From Bacteroidales bacterium (GTDB taxonomy: Bacteria; Bacteroidota; Bacteroidia; Bacteroidales; WCHB1-69): 62,406 bases of DNA. Each line of letters begins with the position of its first letter. Within the stretch, counting starts at the first letter, position 1. Below are positions 19,001 to 27,633 of the stretch, piece by piece. A model generated the notes under the pieces. The model was given only the letters and a program-made list of their open reading frames with translations. It was not told the DNA's origin and made no database searches. The position numbers were made by a program, and so were the translations under genes. The DNA lies in the NCBI GenBank assembly GCA_045627805.1, contig JAZQOJ010000178.1:1-62406 (forward strand), written 5' to 3'.

Positions 19001-22000
19001 TTGAGCAATATCGTTAGCGACACTTGTATTGACGCTACCTTCGAATTGAACAACTACACCATCACCGCTTCTGTTACTGATACCGAAAATGGTGAAATCA
19101 TTCCTGTTGGCGACAGCGCAGTCCGTTATGGTGACACTGTTGAATATGTTGTCCGTCCGACCAATGATTGCCACTTCATCACTACGGTTGTTGTTGACGA
19201 CACTACTGAGATTGTTGTCAATGATAGCGCTGCATTCACCTACACTTTCAGCGCTATTGAAGACAACCACACGATCGTAGCTAATTTCGATACCTACACT
19301 TATGTTGTTGCTACTTCTGTTAATGATGTAACTCTTGGAACCATCACGGATGGTGACACTTTGGATTGCGGTGATATTTACAATTATACTGTAACTCCTG
19401 CCGAAGGTCAGCACATCGTTTCAGTTGAAGTTGATGGTGTTGCTCAAACCATCACTGACAGCTCTTCATTCATTGGTTCAATTGAAGACATCCACGCCGA
19501 TGCCAATATCGTAGCTAACTTTGGTATCAATCATTATGTCATCGCAGTTACTGCTGGTGAAAATGGTTCTATCACTCCTGTTGATACGGTTGTTGAACAC
19601 GGCGGTTCTGCTAAGATTCATATCACTCCTGCCGATTGCTACTATATCAGCGAATTGATCGTTGATGGTGAAACTGCCAACATTACTAATGCTGACGGTA
19701 TGGAATATTTGTTTATGAACATTGACCGTGCTCATACTGTTGAAGCCAACTTCGCTATCTATCAGTACGAAATGGCTGAAACTCACACTGGCAATGGTAC
19801 TGTAACTACTGCCACTGTTGATTGCGGCGAATCCTATACTTACACTGTTACCGCTGATCAGGGTTGGCACATTGAAAGCTACGACTTTGCTGGCATTCAT
19901 TATGCTAATATGATGACTGAACCTAATGATTATAATGTTCAGACTGTAACGGTTGCTCCTGCTCGTCAAGACACTATGTTGACGGTTAACTTCGCAATCG
20001 ATACTTACACTGTTACTGCTTGCACCGCTGTTGGTGGTACTTTGGCTGTAAATGATCCTGTTGAAGTTGATTCCAACAGCAATACTACCGTAACTGTTAC
20101 TGCTGACGCAGCTAATGGCTATCACATTGTAGCTGTTACTGACAATCGTGGCGGTTCATACGAACTCGGTGCCAACACCGACGTTGAATACACCTACGAA
20201 GTAAATAACGTTGATCAAGATATTGAAGTTTGTGCAACCTTCGCTCTCAATACTTTCAACATCACTGCTACTGCTGGTGAAAATGGAACTATCGATCCTG
20301 AAGGCGACGCCACATTGACTTATGGTGATTCTTTGACTTACACGATTGAACCCAACCACACTTGCTACTACATTTCCGCTATCAATGTTGACGGTGCCAA
20401 TGTTTGGACTGGTTATACTGATTCTGTAAGCGCTACTACTTACACTTTCACCGCCGCTAATTTCGATCAGAGTGTTGTTGACCACACCATCGCTACCGAA
20501 TACAGCATCTTCCGTTACGAAATGATGTCAGACGTTCACAATATGTCATACGCTGTTGTTCCGGGCACTGTGACTTCTGCAACTGTTGACTGCGGTACTG
20601 CTTACGACTATGTGATTAATGCTGCTACTGGTTATCACATCGACCACGTTGTTTTGGATGGCGAAACCACTTCTTACGAAGGCCAGCAAGCCAACGCTAC
20701 CGTTACGGTTTCTGACATTCACCAAAACCACAACTTGGAAGCTTATTTCGCAATCAACCATTACGACATCACCGCATCTGCTACTGAAAATGGTACGATT
20801 ACTCCTGCTGGTGCTACTGACGTTGAGCATTTCTCAAGCTTGACTTACACCATCGTTGCTGACGAACCTTGCTATCACATTGCTGACGTTCTCGTTGACG
20901 GTGCTTCTGTTGGAGCAGTTGCTACCTACACCTTCAACAACATCGCTGGTCCTCACACCATCAACGCTGTGTTCGCTATCAACCAGTATGCAATGAACGA
21001 AACCCACACGGGTGAAGGTACTGTTACAACTGCTATTGTTGACTGCGGTTCTGCTTACCAGTACACGATGACGGCTGCTGAAGGTTGGCACATTGACAAC
21101 CACACTCTCGGTGGAACCACCTATATTTTGAACCACAATAGTGACGTTGTTACCTACAGAAATGTTACCGCTGCTACTCAGGATACCACTTTGGATGTTG
21201 TGTTCGCACGTAACCAGTACATTATCACTGTTAATACTACTGGCGCTGGTATCACCAATCCTGGCACTGACACGGTTGAATACGAAGACGACGCTACCTT
21301 CACGATGACTCCTGCTTTCGGTTATCACGTAGCTGACGTATTGGTTGACGGTGAGTCTGTTGGCACTCAGACTTCTTATACATTCAATTCAGTTGATGCT
21401 AACCACACTTTGGACGTTACTTACGAGCCCGATGTCTTCACCGTTACTGCTTCTGCTGCTAACCACGGTACGATTACCGTTGCTGGTGACAATGAAGTTG
21501 TTTATAACGAAAGCGTGGACTTCACCATCGTAGCTGATCCTTGCTACAACATCAGCGCCGTACTGGTTGACGGTACCGCTGACGCTAACTTCGAAGCCGG
21601 TCAAACCGTTGCTACTTATACTTTGAACAATGTTACGGCTAATCATACTGTTGAAGCTCAATTCGCTATCAACACCTATAATGTAACCGTAAATGTTATG
21701 GGTAATGGTACTGCTACTCCTGGCACCGCTACTTACAACTGCGGTGACGATGTTACCATCAACTTCGTTGCGAATGCTGGCTCCGCAGTTCAGAGCGTTG
21801 TTGTCAACGGCACGAACATTGGCAATGTTCCTTCTTACAGCATCCTTGACATTGCCGCTGATTATACTATTGATGTTACCTTCGCAGACAATACCTATAC
21901 TTTGAATGCGATTGCATACAACAATGGTACGATTACTCCTGCTGGCGAAACTGTAGTCGCAGAAGGTGCTAACGTTACCTACACCTTGACTCCTGACGCT

Positions 22001-23782
22001 TGCCAGACTGTTTCTGAAATCTTGGTTGATGGTGTTTCTTACCTCAACAATGAAAACTTCGACGGTACTACCCTCACTTTGAATAACATTACCCGCGATA
22101 TGACCATTCAGGCATACTTCCAGGTGATGACTTATGAAGTTGAAGCCACTCAGACCGAAGGCGGTGCGATTACCGAAACCGGTATTTACAACTGCGGTAC
22201 TGACGTTGTTTACAACATCACTCCTGCTGCTTGCTATCAGATTGCTGACGTAATGGTTGACGGTGCTTCTGTTGGTGCTGTTACTTCCTACACCTTCAGC
22301 GCAATTGATGCTGACCATACCATCACTGCTACCTTCGAAATGGATACCTACACTATCACGGCTACTGCTGGTGAAGGTGGTGCTATTACTGCTACCAATA
22401 CCTTCAACTGCGGTGAAACTCCTACCTACACTATTACTCCTGATGAAGGTTACTTCGTAGAAGACGTTACTGTTGACGGCGTTTCAGCCGGTGCTGTTGA
22501 AACTTACACTTTCAGTGCACTGAATGCTGATCATACGATTGATGCTACCTTCGGTCAATACACCTTCAACATCACTGTTGGTGCTGGCGAAGGCGTTGAA
22601 ATCGACGTTAACGTTGATCCTGAAAACGTTGCTTACGGTACTGACGTTACCTACACCTTCACTGCTGATGAATGCTACGAAATCGTTGACATCTTCGTTG
22701 ATGGCGAAAGCGTTGGCGCAGCTGATAGCTACACTCTCTACAACGTGACTGAAAACCACGTAGTAACCGTTGAAACCGCAATTCTGACTTACACCATCAC
22801 TGCTACTGCTACTGGCAACGGTACCATTGCTCCTGCTGGTGAAACCAACGTTGATTGCGGCGGCGCTCAGTTCTACACCATCACTCCTGCTGCTGGTTAT
22901 GTAATCAGTGATGTTACTGTTGACGGTGAAAGCGTTGGCGCAGTTAACAGCTACAACTTCGAAAATGTTACTGAAGATCACTCAATCGAAGTCATCTTCA
23001 CCGCTATTGCTGATTCTACTTACACTATCACTGCTACTGCTGGTGCCAATGGTACTATCACTCCTGCTGGTGTCGTTACCGTTAACTACGGCGCAAGTCA
23101 GACCTTCACCATTGAGCCCAACACCTACTATGCAATCGCTGACGTATTGGTTGACGGTCAAAGCGTTGGCGCTGTTTCCACCTACACTTTCGCTAACGTA
23201 ACCGCTGATCACACCATCGACGTTACCTTCACCGAAGCTGAGTGCGAAACTCCTGCTAACCTCTGGACTTCTGACATTACCGAAACTTCCGCTACTTTGA
23301 ACTGGACCGATATGGGTGCTGCTTCTTATACTGTACGTTATCTTGCAAGTGGCGAAACCACTTATACTGAAATCACTGGTATTACCGATAACTTCTATGC
23401 ACTTACTGGTTTGCAGGAAGGTACTCGTTACTATTGGAACGTGAAGTCAGTATGTGTTGAAGACGTTGCTGAAAGCAACTGGAGCGCACAGCAAGAATTC
23501 ACTACCACTGCCACCCCGGTTGATACGACTGGCATCAACAATTACGATCTGACTTCAATCAATGTTTACAGCTATGGTAACGACGTTTATGTTGTGAACA
23601 ATGGCAACGAACAGATTAAGAACGTTCAGGTTTACGATGTGAACGGTCGCATCATCTTTGATGGTCAGGCACAAAGCAATCCTACTGTTATCAATGTAAA
23701 TGCTGCTAACGGAATGTATATCGTTAGAGTTGCAACCGAAAGCCGTATTAGCAACTACAAAGTTAGCATTTCACAAAGATAA
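13076..23782 (+). CDS. Giant (3568 aa) repetitive T9SS-exported surface protein, adhesin-like
   Basis: Signal peptide, N-terminal globular domain, FN3, several GCDS repeats, many ~75-aa beta-rich repeats (YTITATAG.NG.ITP...Y.I.DV.VDG...YTF..V...HTI...F; InlB-B/Flg_new-like), a C-terminal FN3 and a T9SS-type tail (VYDVNGR...GMYIVRV...KVSI). Confidence 0.85.
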   Translation: MKRFYTFRPENFRIFAKMKSFIAVALMMLMAVGNVNAQVYQLVTNAADLQVGDSIVIAASDYNKALGTGTNATATNRTAVDITKTNNLASWTSNVQVIKLETGEVSGTFAFKVDGGYLYAASNTGNQLKTQTTNDDEGSWLITIASNVASIVAQGDNTRNQLKYNTSGLFSCYGSTNTQPAVCIYKKSCPAVTDLASSNVAYNAATITWTSALANFDFQLNGTPQAYTPTHEGDVWTLNLDELDPETAYTFGVKLTCSAEYATTSFTTEAAPIISHVNEEYINACQTWNFAKLDGSNIICTETSILYDTLVGGASNGDDTIHIVHLTIGQPFDGDIYKTVCQNALPYTFGELTFGAESPVMEYPVAFEQTFTTPCGCDSTVRLHLTITEMFTATDEKTICENDLPYPWNGETFDAAGEKTVTLTASNGCDSVVTMTLTVNPNTAETITASIIENELPYRLNDSTYSTTGSYTQKLTNANGCDSIITLNLTVYENQFATANKTICASELPYTWDGVQFNEAGTKDTTLAGQGAHGVDSTVTMTLVVNPTYNIDVDSTICDGALPFPWNGLNFLTAGTMSVTLATANGCDSVVNMTLNVNYRDYENAGELTLCENELPYTWRDVTISENVADSTYTFVRTNAAGCDSTVTLHVLVNGTAACAFNVEYEQPEHGTIAGPATVNHGEDAEYTFTAESDCYYLEDVTLDGTSVMAQLVDNTLSLDSVVAHHALTATFAQYEYTVTATQVENATITATETYGCGEDATYTVTPAEGYHIVYVTVDGTPMTDIAEYTFENIHEAHTITATVAINTFNIVATAGENGSITPLGTTTVDWHTTPTYTIAPASCYEIATLTVNGSVIENPTNTYTFDSIEADATIDVTFQMIQYELTWESIGEGEGLVNGQPEGVFTTAMCGETVSNFPIHANTGSHIASVVWNNYPIVLGGTISDWTINIPMVVNASNTNVQVEFTIDTHVVTASVNDATMGEVVPATNTVNYNTADTVAVTANEGYHIASIICGNDTVEYGNNEDVTATYVVNNVTSDTAVMVNFAINEYTITMNYNEAEGTVTPGTTTVQHGADLAVTITPADCYHIANVQIDNVDVIDYNLTAVDANHVYDITFAIDQFAMTGVAHDATMGEVVEGTVDCGETYTYTINANTGYHLDSVKLGDEVIATYTDQAATQTCDVPAVHAATSIDAYFSINEYNVTATAENGEVNPADSTVAHGGSQTFDLIPNNCYELTSVLVNGTEMIADVVETPATRATLLDVNFSEVTSGGTQDCDAANGTITIGGVYSGWTGTRVYPANGKIKLGSGSSAGHVNLPTMDCSANDGNFHIAFDAKAWKNDATSLKVIVTTASGARTYTVAGLSNANDCEMSRFDIACTDGDAHTQITIDGAANANSRFFLDNVLVYTGSNAAYTLTVNDIEGETNVEATFSQIQYDVVTSVIEGNGDITPSFQLPCGTTNTVTMTAEEGSHIEYYTINGNLYTLGENDDAVRELTIEGTENDTIAVAFATNSYKVTTQVGNGQGSFTPATQFVDHGQDAIVMVVADTAHGYHIADIDGVVYGNNTDTVVYDTLYNVVSDTTVMANFALNLYPITVTNLNPDGGSVVPTTNNWTWGQNASFTITPNSPCFYISEITADGVTLVAGADYNVDGKVYTFNAVAEEHTLTVNFTDSVFNMTASVHPTSAATVNAGTAHCGEDFTYEIEAADGVHLSTIFVDGQLDTVFANQEDYYEYTIENIHENHNVIVYTEADLYTVEISGCADDINGTYDNVAYGQAFEFNLKPAECEYLSSFTINNVQYADSVVGGLYTWYANDNAVITATFDSIQYVMAETHTGNGTVSSDTVMCGEDFVYEVLADEGWHIASCILTDGIDSLELMSIPTTNADNNTTVNVTADANYALVVEFAINTYNVTACNTLTDGTITFEQAVVNHDASVEATVTATTAGMHVQTAFSDATNVATYGANDQTTVTYTLSNIVSDTCIDATFELNNYTITASVTDTENGEIIPVGDSAVRYGDTVEYVVRPTNDCHFITTVVVDDTTEIVVNDSAAFTYTFSAIEDNHTIVANFDTYTYVVATSVNDVTLGTITDGDTLDCGDIYNYTVTPAEGQHIVSVEVDGVAQTITDSSSFIGSIEDIHADANIVANFGINHYVIAVTAGENGSITPVDTVVEHGGSAKIHITPADCYYISELIVDGETANITNADGMEYLFMNIDRAHTVEANFAIYQYEMAETHTGNGTVTTATVDCGESYTYTVTADQGWHIESYDFAGIHYANMMTEPNDYNVQTVTVAPARQDTMLTVNFAIDTYTVTACTAVGGTLAVNDPVEVDSNSNTTVTVTADAANGYHIVAVTDNRGGSYELGANTDVEYTYEVNNVDQDIEVCATFALNTFNITATAGENGTIDPEGDATLTYGDSLTYTIEPNHTCYYISAINVDGANVWTGYTDSVSATTYTFTAANFDQSVVDHTIATEYSIFRYEMMSDVHNMSYAVVPGTVTSATVDCGTAYDYVINAATGYHIDHVVLDGETTSYEGQQANATVTVSDIHQNHNLEAYFAINHYDITASATENGTITPAGATDVEHFSSLTYTIVADEPCYHIADVLVDGASVGAVATYTFNNIAGPHTINAVFAINQYAMNETHTGEGTVTTAIVDCGSAYQYTMTAAEGWHIDNHTLGGTTYILNHNSDVVTYRNVTAATQDTTLDVVFARNQYIITVNTTGAGITNPGTDTVEYEDDATFTMTPAFGYHVADVLVDGESVGTQTSYTFNSVDANHTLDVTYEPDVFTVTASAANHGTITVAGDNEVVYNESVDFTIVADPCYNISAVLVDGTADANFEAGQTVATYTLNNVTANHTVEAQFAINTYNVTVNVMGNGTATPGTATYNCGDDVTINFVANAGSAVQSVVVNGTNIGNVPSYSILDIAADYTIDVTFADNTYTLNAIAYNNGTITPAGETVVAEGANVTYTLTPDACQTVSEILVDGVSYLNNENFDGTTLTLNNITRDMTIQAYFQVMTYEVEATQTEGGAITETGIYNCGTDVVYNITPAACYQIADVMVDGASVGAVTSYTFSAIDADHTITATFEMDTYTITATAGEGGAITATNTFNCGETPTYTITPDEGYFVEDVTVDGVSAGAVETYTFSALNADHTIDATFGQYTFNITVGAGEGVEIDVNVDPENVAYGTDVTYTFTADECYEIVDIFVDGESVGAADSYTLYNVTENHVVTVETAILTYTITATATGNGTIAPAGETNVDCGGAQFYTITPAAGYVISDVTVDGESVGAVNSYNFENVTEDHSIEVIFTAIADSTYTITATAGANGTITPAGVVTVNYGASQTFTIEPNTYYAIADVLVDGQSVGAVSTYTFANVTADHTIDVTFTEAECETPANLWTSDITETSATLNWTDMGAASYTVRYLASGETTYTEITGITDNFYALTGLQEGTRYYWNVKSVCVEDVAESNWSAQQEFTTTATPVDTTGINNYDLTSINVYSYGNDVYVVNNGNEQIKNVQVYDVNGRIIFDGQAQSNPTVINVNAANGMYIVRVATESRISNYKVSISQR

Positions 23783-23804
23783 TCATCATTTGATGAAATA
23801 ATAT

Positions 23805-23840
23805 AAGAGAGGGCTTTCACGAGTCCTCTCTTTTTGTTTT
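23805..23840 (+). terminator. Intrinsic terminator after the giant gene
   Basis: agagagggct-ttcacg-agtcctctct followed by a T-run. Confidence 0.8.
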
Positions 23841-23845
23841 TTTAT

Positions 23846-23853
23846 TATCTTTG
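23846..23853 (+). promoter_or_regulatory. Bacteroidota -7 element upstream of the MFS transporter
   Basis: TATCTTTG, 20 bp before the ATG. Confidence 0.55.
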
Positions 23854-23873
23854 CAGCTGAAAAAATTATTCTT

Positions 23874-25121
23874 ATGAAAGAAAATAAATATGCTTTTAGT
23901 TTATTCATTATTGGCTCGTTATTCTTTGTCTTCGGTTTCGTTACCTGGCTGAATAGTATCCTGATGCCTTTCTTACAAATGACTTGCGAACTGACAGAGG
24001 TGCAGGCCGCTTTTGTGCCATTTGCTTTTTATATTTCATACTTTGTGATGTCGATTCCTTCCTCTATGCTAATCAAGCGAGTGGGTTATGCGAATGGAAT
24101 GATATTGGGGTTAATTATTATGGCTATTGGTTCCATTACTTTTGTCCCGGCCTCCATTTATCGCAATTTCTTTATCTTCCTCACGGGGCTGTTTGTTCAG
24201 GGTATTGGCTTGTCGGTTTTGCAGACCGCCTCTAACCCTTACGCCACGATTTTAGGGCCGATAGAGACCGCTGCCCGCCGAATCAGCTTGATGGGTATCT
24301 GCAATAAAGTAGCGGGATGCATCGGCGTTTTTGTCATCTATAAGGCGCTTTTCTCTGGTATGGACGACGAAGTAGAACTCTTGAAAACTATGCCAGCGGG
24401 GACTGGGCGCGATTTGCTGTTGCAAAGTCTTTCTGAAAACATCATCCTTCCATATATTGTCATTACAGCCGCACTGATTTTGCTGGTTATTTTCCTGAAA
24501 TTGGCAAAGTTACCTGAAGTGAGTGAAGCTGGCGACACTGCGGAACGCTGTCAGAAGTCCATTTTCTCGTATCCTTATATGTGGTTGGGCGTTTTGGCTA
24601 TCTTCTTTTATGTGGGTGCCGAGGTTATTGCAATTGATTATCTTCCCAAATATGGCCAGGATTTCTGGGGCTATTCTTTGGCTTTTTCCAAAAACTTTAG
24701 CGCATACGCCTTGGTGGCTTTGATCTTGGGTTATTTGTTAGGTATTTTGACGGTTCCGAAGATGATTTCACAGCGTCACGCATTGATTGCGCATTTGTGT
24801 ATCGCAATGGCTTTGGTGGCCGTTGCCATCTTCACCAAAGGGATGCTTTCTGTTGGGTGCATCATTATGCTGAGTTTTTGCCACGCTATTATGTGGCCTG
24901 CCATCTGGCCGCTTTCCATTCACGATTTGGGAAGTCACACGGAGCTGGCTTCCGGATTGCTGGTGATGGCGATTGCGGGTGGCGCTGTAATGCCGCTGAT
25001 TTATAGTAAACTCATCGGATGGGTCGGCAATCAGGTGGCTTATGCTTTGCTTTTTGTTTGCTACCTCTATATTTTGTTTTTCGCTGTATATGGCTATCGT
25101 ATTCAGCGCAAAAGCAAATAG
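23874..25121 (+). CDS. MFS sugar transporter, FucP/GluP (glucose/galactose) family
   Basis: About 12 TM segments; LFFVFGFVTWLN, LQTASNPYATILG, FFYVGAEV, IMWPAIW and GGAVMPL motifs. Confidence 0.88.
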   Translation: MKENKYAFSLFIIGSLFFVFGFVTWLNSILMPFLQMTCELTEVQAAFVPFAFYISYFVMSIPSSMLIKRVGYANGMILGLIIMAIGSITFVPASIYRNFFIFLTGLFVQGIGLSVLQTASNPYATILGPIETAARRISLMGICNKVAGCIGVFVIYKALFSGMDDEVELLKTMPAGTGRDLLLQSLSENIILPYIVITAALILLVIFLKLAKLPEVSEAGDTAERCQKSIFSYPYMWLGVLAIFFYVGAEVIAIDYLPKYGQDFWGYSLAFSKNFSAYALVALILGYLLGILTVPKMISQRHALIAHLCIAMALVAVAIFTKGMLSVGCIIMLSFCHAIMWPAIWPLSIHDLGSHTELASGLLVMAIAGGAVMPLIYSKLIGWVGNQVAYALLFVCYLYILFFAVYGYRIQRKSK

Positions 25122-25199
25122 GGCGAGCGAGTGATAGGTGGGGAGAGCTGCACTTTTTTTGAAAACAATTCACAAATTAATGAATAAAAACAACGGATT

Positions 25200-25574
25200 A
25201 TGAAAAAAGTTATTCACACTGACAAAGCGCCTGCTGCTATCGGACCATACAGCCAGGCAATTGAAGCAAACGGAACTCTTTACATTTCAGGCCAGATTCC
25301 GGTAGATCCTGCGACAGGCAACATTCCTGAAACTATTGAAGGACAGACTGAGCAGGTAATGAAAAACATCGCTGCTATTTTGGAAGAGGCGGGCTATACT
25401 TTTGCTGATGTGGTAAAATCGACTTGCTTGCTGAGTGACATTGCCTATTTTGCTCCGATGAACGAGGTTTATGCGAAGTATTACACGGTGAACCCTCCAG
25501 CGCGTGCCGCATTTGCAGTGAAGTCGCTTCCCAAGGGAGTGATGGTAGAGATTGAAACGATTGCTGTTAAATAG
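25200..25574 (+). CDS. ridA: RidA family enamine/imine deaminase
   Basis: APAAIGPYSQA, SGQIP, PARAA and LPKG..VEIE motifs. Confidence 0.92.
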   Translation: MKKVIHTDKAPAAIGPYSQAIEANGTLYISGQIPVDPATGNIPETIEGQTEQVMKNIAAILEEAGYTFADVVKSTCLLSDIAYFAPMNEVYAKYYTVNPPARAAFAVKSLPKGVMVEIETIAVK

Positions 25575-25598
25575 TCGTTACAGTTCCAGAAATCAATC

Positions 25599-25626
25599 GT
25601 AGAGGCGTCCGTTTGTGCGCCTCTAC
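25599..25626. repeat. GTAG-type REP-like palindrome
   Basis: gtagaggcg-(10 nt)-cgcctctac, a perfect 9-bp inverted repeat without a strong U-tract. Confidence 0.5.
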
Positions 25627-25634
25627 ATTTATTT

Positions 25635-26135
25635 ATGCTTATGAAAATCGGAATTATTTCAGACACACACGGTTATTTTCATCCGGATTTGTTCTCTTTT
25701 TTTGAAAAATGTGACGAGATTTGGCACGCGGGTGACATTGGCAATACCGATATATTAGACGACCTGAAGTTGATTGCGCCCGTGCGTGCGGTTTATGGTA
25801 ATTGCGATGATTGGGATGTGAGGGAGCAGACATCGGAATCGCTTGTTTTTCAGTGTGAGGAACACAAAGTGGCATTGATGCACATTGTGGGGAATGGAAA
25901 TTATTATACTACGCCAGCAATGAACATCATTTTGCAGGAAAAGCCCACCATTTTTGTTGCGGGGCATTCCCACATTTTGAAGGTCGTCAAAGACCAGAAG
26001 TATGGTCATTGGTTTATCAATCCTGGCTCGGCATCGCGTTTCGGACATCACACGCGGCTTACCTTTCTACGTTTAGACATTGAGGGCAAGGAGTTGCGAA
26101 ACTTGGAGATTTTTGATGAACCGAAATTCGGTTAA
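25635..26135 (+). CDS. YfcE/MJ0936-type metallophosphoesterase
   Basis: ISDTHG, HAGD, GNCD, GHSH and NPGS motifs. The start may be the ATG at 25641. Confidence 0.88.
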   Translation: MLMKIGIISDTHGYFHPDLFSFFEKCDEIWHAGDIGNTDILDDLKLIAPVRAVYGNCDDWDVREQTSESLVFQCEEHKVALMHIVGNGNYYTTPAMNIILQEKPTIFVAGHSHILKVVKDQKYGHWFINPGSASRFGHHTRLTFLRLDIEGKELRNLEIFDEPKFG

Positions 26136-26160
26136 ACGCTTTGGGTGAATGTTCGCATTC

Positions 26161-27042
26161 TCACAATTCCACGAACTCGTAAGAGTCATCGCGTTTGAAC
26201 CAAGTCATTTGCCGTTTTGCATAGCGTCGGGTGTGGGTTTTGATGTCGGTGACGGCTTGGTTGAGGGACGTTTTCCCATCAAGATAATCAAAAAGCTCCT
26301 TATATCCTACCGTATTCAGTGAATTAAGGTGTTTGTAGGGATATAATTCTTTGACTTCCTGAAGGAGTCCTTCATCCATCATTGCGTCCACTCGTTGGTT
26401 GATGCGGTCGAAGAGGACATCGCGCGGCCGTGTGAGGCAGATTTTCACGATGTCGAAATCGCGTTTTTTTCTGTTGTTTTTCAGGAAGAAGGAGTAAGGT
26501 TTCCCCATTTGGAGTGAGACTTCCACGGCGCGCATAATACGTTTGAAATCGGACGGGTTGCAGCGCTGATAATAGTCGGGATCGACGATGCGGAGTTGTG
26601 CGCGGAGACCATCAACACCTTCATTTTGATAACATTCGTTGACGTACTGCCGTATTTGTGGTTCGGGGTCGGGGAGGTCGTCGATGCCATAGCAAACGGC
26701 ATCGATGTAAAGTCCGGAACCGCCGGTCATCACTACCACATTGTTTTTAGCGAAGAGAGAGGGGAGCAGAGCCAGCACATCCTGCTCGAAGCGAGAAACG
26801 CTGTAATAATCGTTGATGGAAAGGTTGCCTATGAAGTAATGTTTCACCAGGGAAAGTTCCTCGGGCGTTGGTGCTGCGGTGCCGATTTTCATTTCCCTAT
26901 AAAACTGACGCGAATCTGCCGAAAGCACGACAGATTCGCAATGGATGGCTGTTTGTATTGCGAATTGGGTTTTCCCGACGGCGGTCGGCCCCGCAATAAC
27001 CAAAAGCGTGGGTTTGTTAAAAGTCGTTGATGCTAATTTCAT
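26161..27042 (-). CDS. miaA: tRNA (adenosine(37)-N6)-dimethylallyltransferase
   Basis: GPTAVGKT, SADSRQFY, GTAAP, GGSGLY, VGYKE and TRRYAKRQMTWF. Confidence 0.96.
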   Translation of the reverse strand: MKLASTTFNKPTLLVIAGPTAVGKTQFAIQTAIHCESVVLSADSRQFYREMKIGTAAPTPEELSLVKHYFIGNLSINDYYSVSRFEQDVLALLPSLFAKNNVVVMTGGSGLYIDAVCYGIDDLPDPEPQIRQYVNECYQNEGVDGLRAQLRIVDPDYYQRCNPSDFKRIMRAVEVSLQMGKPYSFFLKNNRKKRDFDIVKICLTRPRDVLFDRINQRVDAMMDEGLLQEVKELYPYKHLNSLNTVGYKELFDYLDGKTSLNQAVTDIKTHTRRYAKRQMTWFKRDDSYEFVEL

Positions 27043-27610
27043 TCAAATCGCTGAAGTCGTCATCATTGAAACCATCATCAAAGGTAGAGTCTTCATCGTC
27101 ATCTTCATTGAGGAGGAAGTCATCATCAGGATCGGGGAGCCGGTTTTGCTTAGTGGGTTTGGGGAGTTCCTTCTCTTTGCGGGTGCAGCGAGGATAGGTT
27201 ACGCCTGCCTCGGATTCAAGAATTTTGAGTAGTTCAATGTAGAAGACTTTGGGAGAATTGTAATCGTATTCATACATAAGGTGTTGGTGCGGATCAGAGA
27301 TGAAATCCTTGAGGATGGAATCTGTCATCACGGAGAGTGGGAGGTGCGAGCGAAGGGCGAACTCATCGCTTTCTTCGTACTGCGGTTCCTCCTTTTCAGA
27401 GTCATCGCTCATATCCATCAAGGTGATTTCTTTCTGCTTGTTCCATTTAGAGTCGCAAATGTAGAAGGAGGCGAGTTCACCTGCTGCGAGGCCGATGGAA
27501 GAAAGGAGAATTTTGTGGAAACTCTCAAACGAGTCGTTGGAAAGGATTTCAATGTCGCGGACAAAATCCTCGACTTCATCGTAATAAACTCTAAATTTGT
27601 AGTAGTACAT
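27017..27610 (-). CDS. Conserved Bacteroidota protein (pRiA4b ORF-3 / IS1096 passenger TnpR-like fold) with acidic tail
   Basis: FVRDIEI...FH..I...ASFYICD..W.K.KEITL pattern, YEYDY and YPRC. The acidic C-terminus overlaps the miaA start. Confidence 0.65.
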   Translation of the reverse strand: MYYYKFRVYYDEVEDFVRDIEILSNDSFESFHKILLSSIGLAAGELASFYICDSKWNKQKEITLMDMSDDSEKEEPQYEESDEFALRSHLPLSVMTDSILKDFISDPHQHLMYEYDYNSPKVFYIELLKILESEAGVTYPRCTRKEKELPKPTKQNRLPDPDDDFLLNEDDDEDSTFDDGFNDDDFSDLNEISINDF

Positions 27611-27633
27611 AGTATGTATGAAATTACAAAAGG

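Noticed and set aside
13235-23212. Many long antisense and alternate-frame ORFs within the giant gene
   Set aside because: They are shadows of strong codon bias and repeat structure. The translations are low-complexity (S/N/V/I-rich or poly-Leu) with no motifs.
27017-27610. IS1096 passenger TnpR-like protein as evidence of a mobile element
   Set aside because: No transposase or terminal repeats. It is embedded in the yebC-miaA run and overlaps miaA, like a resident gene.
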